The notes beneath the pieces are model-generated. The model ran no database searches. It worked only from the letters and a program-made list of their open reading frames with translations, and was not told the origin of the DNA. 64,000 nt of DNA from Spirochaetota bacterium (GTDB taxonomy: Bacteria > Spirochaetota > Spirochaetia > CADAEX01): assembly GCA_009786125.1 (NCBI GenBank), contig WQTU01000139.1, positions 8,483 through 72,482 on the forward strand, read 5' to 3'. The stretch's first letter is position 1, and each line of letters begins with the position of its first letter. Position numbers and translations under genes: made by a program. Positions 9,817 to 20,254 of the stretch are shown here, piece by piece.

Positions 9817-10530
9817 TCATTGACTTTTCCCCCTCATAGAATATCTCACAATCCATTTGCCGGTTTTATCAGCACCAACACGCTCTATAACCCCTGATTT
9901 TTTCAGTTGAGCAACATTGTATTCCACTCTACGTTTAGTTATTTGAATGGTACCTGCAATTTTTTCAGCAGTAATTTCAGGGTTTTCAATCATTAAGGCA
10001 ACAATTTTCGCTTTTAATTCATCCAATCTATAATTTACACCACCATTTACACCACCATCTAATGCTTCTTCCCTTTTATTGTTATTTCTGATATGAAAGC
10101 AAATTGAAAACATAGTTGCCAAAATATCAAATTCGGGCTCAGGAAGGTTATCGGCAATGCAGCCGCTTTTCATTTTTTCAATACCTCTTCCCCAAGCTTC
10201 AATTTGCCCGGAACGAAAATAATATTTTCCTCTAAAGCTGATGGCATTCGGGTGCAGGCTTATCTTTATGACAATATAATCTAAGCTTTTTTCTGTGTAC
10301 AAATTGACATCAGCTAAAATCCCCATTGTTGAGCGAATTTTATTAGGAAGCTCTTCCAACAATTTTGATGCATTTGATATTCCGACAACTACACCACGAT
10401 TGTTTTTGCCAATTTCAAGAACACCTCCCTGTGCATTAGCAAAACCGCAAATCCACTTCAGGTATTCGTCGCGCCAAGTCTCTTTCCATTCAACAATCTG
10501 ATTTTCTCGGCTTTTAACTTTTTTATTCAT
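9817..10530 (-). CDS. AlbA_2 (Schlafen-like) domain protein with C-terminal winged-HTH
   Basis: N-terminal [27 protein letters not shown] is AlbA_2-like. A C-terminal HTH is present. There is a 4-nt overlap with hsdM. Confidence 0.65.
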   Translation of the reverse strand: MNKKVKSRENQIVEWKETWRDEYLKWICGFANAQGGVLEIGKNNRGVVVGISNASKLLEELPNKIRSTMGILADVNLYTEKSLDYIVIKISLHPNAISFRGKYYFRSGQIEAWGRGIEKMKSGCIADNLPEPEFDILATMFSICFHIRNNNKREEALDGGVNGGVNYRLDELKAKIVALMIENPEITAEKIAGTIQITKRRVEYNVAQLKKSGVIERVGADKTGKWIVRYSMRGKSQ

Positions 10531-12068
10531 ATTTTCACCCGTTTTAGGTTTTGCAAAATAGCTTTGTTAAGCCTTTCTTCTTCTTTTAATTGCGCCTCAA
10601 ATTCTGCCTTTAAGCTACTGAACCGTTCCTTAAAATCAAAGTCATCTTCTTCATCCGGAAGCCCAACATATCTGCCCGGTGTTAATACATAATCAAGTTC
10701 TTTGACACGCTCTATATTTGCAGAAAAACAAAACCCTTTTACATCTTCGTATTTTCCTTTAAACTTTCGCCATTCGTGATAAGTTGAAGCGATTTTTTTA
10801 ATATCATCTTGCGACAGCTCTTTTGTTCTGCGGTTAATCAAATGTCCTTCATTGCGTGCATCAATAAACAGAATCTCGTTAGTCCTGTTTCGACTACCTC
10901 CGTTAGCTTTATTGCGGGATAAAAACCACAAACAAGCAGGTATTTGGGTATTCAAAAAAAGCTTGCCGGGAAGATTAACAATACAGTCAACAAGCCGCGC
11001 TTCGATCAAAGCTTTGCGAATATCGCCCTCGCCCGAAGTTTTGGAAGTGAGCGAACCTTTTGCCAGAACAAATCCGGCAGTGCCGCTTGGGCTTAAATGA
11101 TAAAGAAAGTGCTGGATCCACGCATAGTTTGCATTCCCGACAGGGGGAACACCATACTTCCATCTGCCGTCTTTGCGAAGCAGATCCCCGGACCAGTCAC
11201 TGTCATTAAACGGCGGATTGGCAATAACAAAATCTGCCTTTAAATCTTTGTGCGCGTCATTCAAGAAAGAGCCTTCGTTATTCCACTTGACCTGCGAGCT
11301 GTCAATGCCGCGAATAGCAAGATTCATTTTTGCCAGGCGCCATGTTGTCTGATTACTTTCCTGACCAATAATGGATATATCGCTTATTTTACCTTTATGC
11401 TCTGCCACAAATTTTTCTGATTGCACAAACATACCGCCGGACCCGCAGCAAGGATCAAATACGCGGCCTTTGTATGGCTCAAGTATTTCTACCAGAAGTT
11501 CAACAACACTTCGGGGAGTATAGAACTGGCCGCCTTTTTTTCCTTCTGCAAGAGCGAATTCACCTAAAAAATATTCAAACACATGACCAAGCACATCTGC
11601 ACTTCGTGCTTTCGCGTTTCCAAGAGCAATATTTCCAATCAGGTCAATTAATCCGCCAAGGTTTGTGGGATCCAAATTGCCGCGCGCAAATACTTTTGGC
11701 AATACATCTTTCAGCGATGGATTATCTTTTTCGATTGCATCCATTGCATTATCTACATCTTTGCCTATGGTTGGCAATTTTGCCTTAGATTGCAGATATG
11801 TCCAGCGGGCAACTTCGGGAACAAAGAAAACATTTTCTGCTTTGTATTCATCTTTGTCTTCGGGGTCTGAGCCAGCGTATTCGCCTTTTTCGCTTTTTAG
11901 TTTTGCATAAAGTTCTTCGAAAGCATCTGAGATGTATTTTAAAAAAATCAGCCCGAGAACAACATGTTTGTATTCAGCAGCGTCGATATTTTTTCTTAGT
12001 TTGTCGGCAGATTTCCAGAGCTGCTTTTCGATTGGTTCGTTACTGATGTTTTCTTTAGTCTTTGCCAT
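10527..12068 (-). CDS. hsdM: Type I restriction-modification DNA methyltransferase subunit HsdM
   Basis: AdoMet motif [12 protein letters not shown] and catalytic motif IV NPPFN are present. The N-terminal HsdM_N-like region is present. Confidence 0.9.
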   Translation of the reverse strand: MAKTKENISNEPIEKQLWKSADKLRKNIDAAEYKHVVLGLIFLKYISDAFEELYAKLKSEKGEYAGSDPEDKDEYKAENVFFVPEVARWTYLQSKAKLPTIGKDVDNAMDAIEKDNPSLKDVLPKVFARGNLDPTNLGGLIDLIGNIALGNAKARSADVLGHVFEYFLGEFALAEGKKGGQFYTPRSVVELLVEILEPYKGRVFDPCCGSGGMFVQSEKFVAEHKGKISDISIIGQESNQTTWRLAKMNLAIRGIDSSQVKWNNEGSFLNDAHKDLKADFVIANPPFNDSDWSGDLLRKDGRWKYGVPPVGNANYAWIQHFLYHLSPSGTAGFVLAKGSLTSKTSGEGDIRKALIEARLVDCIVNLPGKLFLNTQIPACLWFLSRNKANGGSRNRTNEILFIDARNEGHLINRRTKELSQDDIKKIASTYHEWRKFKGKYEDVKGFCFSANIERVKELDYVLTPGRYVGLPDEEDDFDFKERFSSLKAEFEAQLKEEERLNKAILQNLKRVKI

Positions 12069-12104
12069 ATTTTATTCCTCTTTTGCCGGCGAAAAAATAT
12101 CGGG

Positions 12105-12250
12105 AAGTTTGCTCGCGACTCTCACTTATTCGGCGGATGTGCAAGCTCTGCAACATGGACGTCACTGCCTAGCAGTGGATCTGGCGCAGCGACACGGATG
12201 TCGCGATAAAGCGCCAGGCAGCTTGTCCGCGGTTCTTGCTCCGTCAGCGA
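12105..12250. repeat. GC-rich interspersed repeat, A-type module; inverted copy at ~53320-53440
   Basis: cgcgactctcacttattcggcggatgtgcaagctctgcaacatggacgt...ctggcgcagcgacacggatgtcgcgataaagcgccaggcagcttg is near-identical to the reverse complement of 53320-53440. The CTCACTTATTCGGCGGATG sub-module also occurs at 55673-55693 and, inverted, at 50140-50160. Confidence 0.8.
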
Positions 12251-13209
12251 ATGAGCCTGCTTAAAATACCTCTTTTCTTCCGCCAGTTGGAGTTAACTTT
12301 TACCCGTAAATCTATTATAACCGGATACGGAAAAATCGATTTTATTTCCCGTTTTGCAGCTTTTTTGATTGCGCGGATTTTCTCCCCGCCGCTGCCAATA
12401 ATTATTTTCTTTTGCGACTCACTCTCTGCAATCAAAAACGCCCGCACCCAAAGCTCCTCGCCGTGCTGACCCTGGTTCATTTCAATATCCGCGATTTCAA
12501 CATAAACACTGTGGGGGATTTCTTCTTTTGTTCTGTTTACTGCTTTTTCTCTTATTATCTCACTTATTCGAAAAGCAACATCCTGATCCGTATAAACATC
12601 ATCAGGATATAATTTCTCGCCTTCGGGCGCTTTCTCAAACATAACATCAAGAAGTTTATCCACGCCCTCGCCAGTCATTGCCGAAACATGGCAGATGGAA
12701 ATATCTTTAGCCGGCTCTTTTTTGCGAAGATTTTTTTTCAAAAAGTTCCCAAGGCTTTCGAGAAACTCCGGTATGTTTTTCTCCGCTACCGTAATAAGAT
12801 CAATTTTATTTAAAGCAACGATTACAACCGCGTTCAGCGCCGCAAGATATTCGAGTATTTTTTTCTCTTCTTCGCCGGGCTCCCGCGTGCAGTCAGTAAC
12901 GTAAAGAATTATTTCTGCATCATTAACAACAGTCTCGGTTACCTGCTTTAATTCGTTATTTATTTTTTTTTCTGAAATATGATATCCGGGAGTATCCTGA
13001 AAAATCAGCTGCCCCCGTTCTTCAGTTAAGATGCCGCGAATTACATTTCTTGTTGTCTGCGGAGTTGCAGACACAATGGAAACCTTATATCCGCATATCT
13101 TGTTCACGAGAGTCGATTTTCCGGAAGATGGCCTTCCTATAAGTGTAATAAAAGCTGATTTCACTATAAAATATCCTTTTTTGGCGACTAAACTGAAAAC
13201 AATCATCAA
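12244..13209 (-). CDS. era: GTPase Era
   Basis: G1 GRPSSGKSTL and G3 DTPG are present, with a C-terminal KH domain. The true start is probably GTG at 13164 (AAAGGA 9 nt upstream), which gives the canonical Era N-terminus. Confidence 0.9.
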   Translation of the reverse strand: MMIVFSLVAKKGYFIVKSAFITLIGRPSSGKSTLVNKICGYKVSIVSATPQTTRNVIRGILTEERGQLIFQDTPGYHISEKKINNELKQVTETVVNDAEIILYVTDCTREPGEEEKKILEYLAALNAVVIVALNKIDLITVAEKNIPEFLESLGNFLKKNLRKKEPAKDISICHVSAMTGEGVDKLLDVMFEKAPEGEKLYPDDVYTDQDVAFRISEIIREKAVNRTKEEIPHSVYVEIADIEMNQGQHGEELWVRAFLIAESESQKKIIIGSGGEKIRAIKKAAKREIKSIFPYPVIIDLRVKVNSNWRKKRGILSRLIR

Positions 13210-13431
13210 AAATGAAGAGAGTCACCGCTTGTCATTGCTTTCAATTATAATAGGCAGATTGTGTTGTTTTCAAGGTGTGGTTGTCTCAAAACAAAAATAT
13301 GTTTGTACGCTAGATAGTGCACAGAATCAATTAAAATTGCTAAATTTTATTTATCTATATTATCTTTTTTTTAAATTATCAGTATAATATAATTGCAGAT
13401 ATAGCAAACAAGCCCTAAAAAGAGGATAAAA

Positions 13432-14028
13432 ATGAAAAATATATTTAATGACAATGAAGAATGTGAACAAAATGAAAAAAAAGAAGACCCGATATCCGAA
13501 AAGTTTTTAAAGACGCGAACGATTCTTATCTCCGGGGAAATAAACAAGAAAAATGCAGAAAAAGTTGTTACGCAGATGCTGCTGCTCGAAGCAGACAATG
13601 ACAACCCCATTAAAATATTTATAGATTCTCCGGGCGGAGATGTCGATGCAGGGTATGCGATATTCGATATGGCGCGCTTTATCAAACCCGATGTATACAT
13701 GATAGGCATGGGGCTTGTTGCAAGCGCGGGCGCGCTCATACTTCTTGCAGCGCCAAAGGAACGGCGGCTTGGGCTTCCGAATTCGCATTATCTTATTCAT
13801 CAGCCCCTTAGCGGAATAAGGGGAGTTGCGACAGAAATTGAGATTCATGCAAAAGAGCTGGAAAAAACGCGGCAAAAAATCAATAAGCTGATATCTGATG
13901 AGACCGGCAAAAGTTTAAAGCAAGTTACAAAAGACACGGACAGGGATTTCTGGCTGAGTGCGGAAGAAGCTCTGGAGTATGGTCTTATTTCGAAGATAAT
14001 TACTAACAGAAAAGAGCTTGAAGTGTAA
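13432..14028 (+). CDS. clpP: ATP-dependent Clp protease proteolytic subunit ClpP
   Basis: ClpP signature regions are present: IDSPGGDVDAGYAIFD, catalytic Ser in LVASAGALIL, His in IHQP. Confidence 0.95.
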   Translation: MKNIFNDNEECEQNEKKEDPISEKFLKTRTILISGEINKKNAEKVVTQMLLLEADNDNPIKIFIDSPGGDVDAGYAIFDMARFIKPDVYMIGMGLVASAGALILLAAPKERRLGLPNSHYLIHQPLSGIRGVATEIEIHAKELEKTRQKINKLISDETGKSLKQVTKDTDRDFWLSAEEALEYGLISKIITNRKELEV

Positions 14029-14053
14029 TATTGCAGCATTTGCTTACCGTACA

Positions 14054-14560
14054 TTATAATATTACGCCCAACAAAATGAGGAATCCTGGAATAAATGTAC
14101 TTGCTATGCCATTCAAAATTAGAACATGAGGAGTAAGCCTATTAATAAATTTAATCCCCAGCATGATGGCAAAAAAACTTTGTGCCCATAAAATCCCCCA
14201 CATAGCCCAGAGGTAAACCATTATCCAGGGCGCGTTTGTAAAAAAAGCTTCTCCTGCAAATGTGAAAGAAACCAGAGATGCGAATAATCCGTACATTCCG
14301 AAAACTTTCCAGTTTTCGCTATTAAAGAAAATATGCGCTGCAATTATAAAATAATTAAGCGCAAACAGCCACATTGCTGCCGAAAAGCCGAATGTAACAT
14401 GACAGGTTGCAGTGGTAATTTGAAAAACCGCGTTTATTCCAATAATAACCCCGACCAGGGCATTTACCACTCCCCTTACTTTGTTGTCAATTGCCGTAAG
14501 AAAACTAACGCCATTCAATGATAAAGCAAATCCTGCAAATAGTAAGTTGACTCCTAGCAC
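14054..14560 (-). CDS. AmiS/UreI-family urea/amide channel
   Basis: Six-TM 168-aa protein. The N-terminus MLGVNLLFAGFALSLNGVSFLT and the WAMWGILWAQ segment resemble H. pylori UreI (recalled). Confidence 0.7.
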   Translation of the reverse strand: MLGVNLLFAGFALSLNGVSFLTAIDNKVRGVVNALVGVIIGINAVFQITTATCHVTFGFSAAMWLFALNYFIIAAHIFFNSENWKVFGMYGLFASLVSFTFAGEAFFTNAPWIMVYLWAMWGILWAQSFFAIMLGIKFINRLTPHVLILNGIASTFIPGFLILLGVIL

Positions 14561-14810
14561 AAAAACATCTCCTTTATGCCCTGTATATCAGATAACACAA
14601 ACTCAGCATAAAAGAGTGAAATCTCTTTGTCAAGACGCCGCATTGCCTCATGAAAAATGTTACCGAAAATAGTAAATGCCTCATTTAGAAAATGTTGCCC
14701 AAATTAAAATAAGGATGTCTTTAAGAGGGCATCATAATGGGGTTAGGCATGAAAGAAAAAAAGACTGTAACTAAGGAATACCAGCCCCGTTATAAAAAAG
14801 CACCAAAAAA

Positions 14811-15059
14811 ATGGTAATTCTGGACAAGTTCAGCAAGTCGACAGAACACCACAGAAAATCTGCTGTCCGCCTATTAAACAAACAGGCTATGGTCTATATA
14901 GACAGCAAGCAGGTAAAAATTAAGCCTGAGAAAAAGCGACCATCCAACCGAAAGGGAAACCGCATCTACACTGATAATGTCATCTTTTACAGCAAATCGC
15001 TCAATCAAACCGCATCATTACTATGTGGAATGAATAGCTTCGGTAACATTTCTAAATGA
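14811..15059 (+). CDS. Hypothetical small ORF (82 aa), possibly a gene remnant
   Basis: ORF only, in a 500-bp gap. No recognisable motif. Confidence 0.15.
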   Translation: MVILDKFSKSTEHHRKSAVRLLNKQAMVYIDSKQVKIKPEKKRPSNRKGNRIYTDNVIFYSKSLNQTASLLCGMNSFGNISK

Positions 15060-15069
15060 GGTATCTCGG

Positions 15070-15930
15070 CTAATACCTATAATATAGAACTCCAAATTGC
15101 TGTAATCGACCAATTCTGTCATGCGTGTTGGGGTGAGTTGAATACAGAGCTTTCAAAAATGATTCTTGTGGCTCACTTGTTCCGATGGCATCCAAACCTT
15201 TTGCTAATTCAAATCCATAACCTAACTCAGCGGCATATTTGTCGGCATCATATTCATTTTCCCGCGATGACCACATTAAAAACAGCATACAAAATTTTGT
15301 CCAAAGCCATATAATAGCAGCGAAAAACAATCCTATAATAACAGTACCAAAAGAACGACGTCTAATCCCGGAAATAAGAGAAAAAGCACCTATTATTGTG
15401 TATATTAGTTTTATGATTAGAAGTAATGTAGTTAGAATAAAATTGCCACCCCCGATTAAAAGCTGAATCTCATTATGACGATACGCTAAATGTGCTACTT
15501 CATGTGCTAAAATTCCTTGAATAACATCATCAGGTAGCTGAAAAAGCCCCTCGGTTACACAAATTGTCCTTCGCCCGATTGCGTAAGCGTTTGGTTCGGG
15601 GGAATAAATTACTTTCAAAACTATTTTATTTGTAAGCTTTGGTGTTTTTCTTTTTGCTTTATTGTATACAATTTCCAGCAATGGAATCATTCGAATTCTC
15701 ATGTCAACTCTTGTCATTTTTCTGGCTCCAGCCATTAAGCAGAGAATCCATTCGCCGATTGAAGAAAAAGCAATAAATATTGACAGGATATAAATAATGA
15801 CTATGACATACAGAGAATGAAAACCAATACTAGCGAAAAGTCCAATTATGATTAGCGCATTTAGGATAAAAAAAATAATTGTCCCAATACTTGATTTTTT
15901 AAATATATTTTTTGCTATATCCATACTCAT
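15070..15930 (-). CDS. M48-family (HtpX-like) membrane zinc metalloprotease
   Basis: HEVAH (HExxH) plus a downstream EYDADKYAAELG motif, with N-terminal and internal TM helices. It is the last gene of the operon, 16 nt after the FtsK-like gene. Confidence 0.75.
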   Translation of the reverse strand: MSMDIAKNIFKKSSIGTIIFFILNALIIIGLFASIGFHSLYVIVIIYILSIFIAFSSIGEWILCLMAGARKMTRVDMRIRMIPLLEIVYNKAKRKTPKLTNKIVLKVIYSPEPNAYAIGRRTICVTEGLFQLPDDVIQGILAHEVAHLAYRHNEIQLLIGGGNFILTTLLLIIKLIYTIIGAFSLISGIRRRSFGTVIIGLFFAAIIWLWTKFCMLFLMWSSRENEYDADKYAAELGYGFELAKGLDAIGTSEPQESFLKALYSTHPNTHDRIGRLQQFGVLYYRY

Positions 15931-15945
15931 TGTTACTGCCCTTTT

Positions 15946-18900
15946 CTAATCATGAATGGACAGACTTTTAATATATTTTTTTAATTCAGAATTATCGGGC
16001 ATGATATAAGGTTTATATTGGAAGATGTTTTTTACTCCATCAGAGTAATATACTGTATTATCTTTTAAACCAGCAACAGCAACGCCGTCAATGAGATTGT
16101 CAGCATCGCTGTTGCTCAAAGCAAAAATGATTCTTGCAGGAAATTTGGATAAAATGTTTTCACCATAATACATATTTTCCTTGACGCTTTGATATTCAAG
16201 CGAAGAAGTAATAAAATAAATTCCATAATTGGACCCATCGTCAATAAGCTGCAACAGTTTTTCTGAGATGGACAGGGATGGAGAGCCTGCATTTCCTGAT
16301 ACACCGAAATCAGCAAATTCATTTACGGACTTAGTGGCAATATTATCAATATATTCACTTTCATCTACGGACTCACCTTTAAACATTTTTTTTATAAGAT
16401 CAAGAAATTGCAGGTTCTTTATTACAACCAAAGATTGTTTATTATCCCCGCCCTTTTTTCTCTCTGAGTAAATTGTAAATAAATCGTTGATAATTTGAAT
16501 TATTTCTGTTCTGTTTTTTGCAGTCCTGAAACGTAAACTAAAACCGGTTAAACAATCATAAAATGCAGCCGAGATGCTTTCGCCTATTAAACTCTCTCCA
16601 TCTATACAGTAAACATTAGTATTTGTGTTCAGTAATGCTGAAAACATACAAAGGTTAGTAAGATTTTCAGCCATTTTTTCGTTTGCTCCACAAATTAATA
16701 AATTATGCCTTCTGCGCCGATCAAACTGCATAATAAATGGTGGTGCAACCTTTATGAGTGTCCCCATGTATATTTTTATAACGTTATCAGATGAAGAACC
16801 TGTTTTGCTTTGATTCAAATATTCAACAAGTGAAACCGTTCTGTTTCCTTCAAATATTTGCATCGTAGCTGGATAATCTGCATACTTTTCAGAAATAAGA
16901 GACAAATATTTTATTTGTGCTTTTTTTGAGCAATATGCGGCACGGAATCCTATATTATTTGATTCCATGTATTCCAAATTCATTACGGCTGTACCGATAG
17001 GGCCTTTCATCATTTCAATGATTTTATCATCGTTTCGATTTCCGAATAAATACCGTATATCATCCTCACCGCATTTTAAACCAATACGGATACGCATTTG
17101 TTCAATAATGCCATGCGATAGTGTCAGTTCACTTATAATTTTTGTAGTCTGCGTTGCCATCAAAAGATGAATGCCAAAGGCCCGACCTTCGGTGACGATC
17201 CGCTTAGTCAGTTCAGAGCAATTTCTGGCTACTTTGCGATTTGCAGAATCATTAAAAAGAATTTGAAACTCGTCCATGACAACTAAAATACGTGGCAGAG
17301 GATTTCCTGTGCCTTTTATATAATCAAAAAGGCTTGATTGTCCAGAATTTTTAAACAAGTCTCCACGGCGCAGCATTTCGCTGACTAGATTTTCCAATAT
17401 ACTCTCGCCAAATTCCTGCATGGCATCAAGCGCTAATAATTGAATATGCGGCAAATTGAAAGATTCATAAATCTTAAACTCTGTTCCGCTTTTAAAATCC
17501 ATCAAATACAAATGTAACTCATCTGGGCTATGGGATAACATACCACTCATAATTATTGTGTGCAGTAAAGTTGATTTGCCGGAGCCCGTAGCACCGGCGA
17601 TTATCCCATGATGTGATGAACCTTCTCCCAATATCAAGTCTACAGGGTTTTCGCCGTCGCCAATGCCCACGGTAATAGATAGTCTTTTTGCTGTTGAAGA
17701 AGAAAAAAGCGATGGACTTATAATGTCTTCAAGGGATAGACCTTTTTGTTTTAGGTTGGTAATAGCTTCTATGTATTGATTTATAAAATCGGAAATCCTG
17801 TTCTTTGATAGCTCAGGTGCTACATCAACTTGTAATCCAAAAGGTTGAAGAATATATTTTTTTTCAACATATTCCAACAAAGAACAGTGTTTTTTTATCT
17901 CTTCAAGATGTTCATCGATACTCTCATACTTTGAAAATAAGATATTTGGATTATGGCATATAACTGCGTAAATTCCGCATTTGCTGCCATTATTAAGAAT
18001 ATTTATTAACAACTCTATACTTCGGTTGTCAAAATTGCGGGGAAAATCAAATATAATCAACATAATAATAGGTTCGATACGATTAGGCGTGTTACTGTTG
18101 TATTCAATAATATTGGCAAAGCGATTGCCGAGCTTCTCCTGGATAAACTCGTCAATATATCTGTTTAATTTTTGCAGCGTACCTATCATAGCGTCTTGTG
18201 TGGTATAAATTTGTCCGTCAAAAATATCAGGAAGATTTTGGCGAAAATCCAAAAAAGGCGTTATGCTGTTACCCCGGCGTTCAGCATCAAATACGCAAAA
18301 TTTTATTTTTGAAACCGGAACAGAAGATAGAAAGCTCCACATTAAACCGTGTATAAATTTTATTACATGCTGCTGGACTGCTTCCGGGCAAATAATTAAT
18401 AGACTACTTTTTTCTTTAAGGTTAAAAATTGCCGGCAAAATAAAAGTTTGTGAATTTTGTGTTGTCAATTCAGTTTTTATTCTTGCAATCGTATTGTTAT
18501 CTGCTACTAAATCCAAAGGACAGGATAAATACCCTACTGAGATTTCCGCGGGGAAACTGTCTGTAACTGACGGAACTACACCAAAAGTATTGTTATACCT
18601 GTCAAGAGTATTTTTTATTGCACTTATTGCAAATTGAACTTTATCGGCATTTTCACTGTCTATCAGTTCACAGACTATAGAACCTAATAAAGCAATATTG
18701 CCGTGAAAACTACTGTAAGTGAATAAATAATTTTTGATATATCTTGATAAATCATTTCCTGCAAGGGCTTCATTATATGTTACCCGAAGATTGTAGTAGA
18801 GGAACATATCAACCGCTTGTTGGATGATAATACTGTTTTTTACATGGTAAGGCGGCAAGGCATTTCCTGACTGTACTCTATATACAATTACGGTATAAAC

Positions 18901-20226
18901 ACCAAGATTTTTTCCATTTTCAATAATGTTATTTATCGATGCTACATTTTTGTCTCCCAATGCTTCGGGAGAGTCGAAAACAATTAAAACCTTTATATCT
19001 GGTGTTGCCACTGTATTATTGCAAATACTCAGTTTTTCTAATGTTTCCCTTATTTCCTCATTGGATGTTTTTACTCCTCCATTAAACAGTTCCGGTATTT
19101 TTTTGATAAAATCCATATATGAAGACACATTTTTTCCCTGACCTTCTGAATCTATTATGCTGAAAGTCAAATGTGTAACCGGGGCAAAAGCAATAAAACT
19201 CTGTATTATGGAGCTAACAAGTTGGTTTTTAAGATTGCTATTTACCGTATATTTTACAAGTAAATTCAAATTATCGCTTAAAGAAAATACAAGAGGAAAC
19301 CTAAGTAATTTACTTTGTGAAATAATGGCCGCACATTTATCTTTAATAAGTGAAAACAAAATCTTGGAACTCACAAATAATTCTAATGGATAGTCAATAT
19401 TCCCTAAGACAATAGTATCATCCCATGCACAATAGCTTGATGTTATTCCTGTAAAGTTACTAATATAGCGTTCATTAATTGTTTTTAATGAACCTAACAG
19501 ACTATCAGGTAAAATCTTATCTAACTGTTCACAAATCTCATCAGCCAATATTTCTACGTTGCTTTCATACCTTGATTTTATTTTAGACAGTTCTGCTTGA
19601 TACTTTGATTCTATTTCCTCAGTTTTTTTGGCATGAGCATCTTTCTCAGCTTGTGTTGAATCATTGACCAGTTCAGCTATTGTTTTTTTGATTTCTTCCA
19701 TTAAATTTTCTAGTCTTATTTTCAGAACAATTAAATCTTCATAGTCTTGTTTTCGTTGTTTTGAAAAGGCAAAGTTTATACCATCAAAAAGAGCAGGTAA
19801 TTTCTCTTTTGAATATTTTAATGAAAGTGATTCAAATTGTTTTTTAACATTTTCTAAGGCTAAAAAAATGTCAGGATCATCAATGGTGGTTATTTCGGCT
19901 TTTTTTCCCAGCTCCTCTGTTTTAAGATCTCGCGCTTTAACATAATATTTATCAGCATTTGCCAGAGAAGTATCCAATGCCAATACTTCTTTATATATTT
20001 TTTCAGCATTGTTCTTTAATTCGGCACCTTTTTTTCTAGTAACATTAGCACTACTATCATATTGCCCAGCGGCATTTGACATGAATTGATTATATTGTTC
20101 TTCCAAGCTTTTTTTTGAGTTTTCAAAATTATTCCATAATTGCTGAATTCTCTGATCAGATTGTTCTGCAAAGGAATTAATGTTATTAATGAGTCTCAAA
20201 ACTGTTTGATATGTAATTTTACTCAT
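15946..20226 (-). CDS. Giant FtsK/SpoIIIE-family multi-domain ATPase with N-terminal coiled coil (EssC/EccC-like, no TM or FHA)
   Basis: One intact FtsK-type P-loop domain (HHGIIAGATGSGKSTLLHTII; Walker B RILVVMDEFQ) is flanked by three degenerate FtsK-like domains (VLIVFDSPE, IIMLIIFDFPRNFDN, SLVVIKNLQFLD). About 250 aa of N-terminal coiled coil. No hydrophobic TM segment. Confidence 0.7.
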   Translation of the reverse strand: MSKITYQTVLRLINNINSFAEQSDQRIQQLWNNFENSKKSLEEQYNQFMSNAAGQYDSSANVTRKKGAELKNNAEKIYKEVLALDTSLANADKYYVKARDLKTEELGKKAEITTIDDPDIFLALENVKKQFESLSLKYSKEKLPALFDGINFAFSKQRKQDYEDLIVLKIRLENLMEEIKKTIAELVNDSTQAEKDAHAKKTEEIESKYQAELSKIKSRYESNVEILADEICEQLDKILPDSLLGSLKTINERYISNFTGITSSYCAWDDTIVLGNIDYPLELFVSSKILFSLIKDKCAAIISQSKLLRFPLVFSLSDNLNLLVKYTVNSNLKNQLVSSIIQSFIAFAPVTHLTFSIIDSEGQGKNVSSYMDFIKKIPELFNGGVKTSNEEIRETLEKLSICNNTVATPDIKVLIVFDSPEALGDKNVASINNIIENGKNLGVYTVIVYRVQSGNALPPYHVKNSIIIQQAVDMFLYYNLRVTYNEALAGNDLSRYIKNYLFTYSSFHGNIALLGSIVCELIDSENADKVQFAISAIKNTLDRYNNTFGVVPSVTDSFPAEISVGYLSCPLDLVADNNTIARIKTELTTQNSQTFILPAIFNLKEKSSLLIICPEAVQQHVIKFIHGLMWSFLSSVPVSKIKFCVFDAERRGNSITPFLDFRQNLPDIFDGQIYTTQDAMIGTLQKLNRYIDEFIQEKLGNRFANIIEYNSNTPNRIEPIIMLIIFDFPRNFDNRSIELLINILNNGSKCGIYAVICHNPNILFSKYESIDEHLEEIKKHCSLLEYVEKKYILQPFGLQVDVAPELSKNRISDFINQYIEAITNLKQKGLSLEDIISPSLFSSSTAKRLSITVGIGDGENPVDLILGEGSSHHGIIAGATGSGKSTLLHTIIMSGMLSHSPDELHLYLMDFKSGTEFKIYESFNLPHIQLLALDAMQEFGESILENLVSEMLRRGDLFKNSGQSSLFDYIKGTGNPLPRILVVMDEFQILFNDSANRKVARNCSELTKRIVTEGRAFGIHLLMATQTTKIISELTLSHGIIEQMRIRIGLKCGEDDIRYLFGNRNDDKIIEMMKGPIGTAVMNLEYMESNNIGFRAAYCSKKAQIKYLSLISEKYADYPATMQIFEGNRTVSLVEYLNQSKTGSSSDNVIKIYMGTLIKVAPPFIMQFDRRRRHNLLICGANEKMAENLTNLCMFSALLNTNTNVYCIDGESLIGESISAAFYDCLTGFSLRFRTAKNRTEIIQIINDLFTIYSERKKGGDNKQSLVVIKNLQFLDLIKKMFKGESVDESEYIDNIATKSVNEFADFGVSGNAGSPSLSISEKLLQLIDDGSNYGIYFITSSLEYQSVKENMYYGENILSKFPARIIFALSNSDADNLIDGVAVAGLKDNTVYYSDGVKNIFQYKPYIMPDNSELKKYIKSLSIHD

Positions 20227-20254
20227 ATAACGCTCTCCTTAGCCATTTATGATT

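Noticed and set aside
14811-15059. 82-aa ORF as a transposase/IS remnant marking mobility of the neighbouring operon
   Set aside because: No DDE, HTH or other transposase motif is recognisable, and there are no inverted terminal repeats. This was only a vague resemblance.
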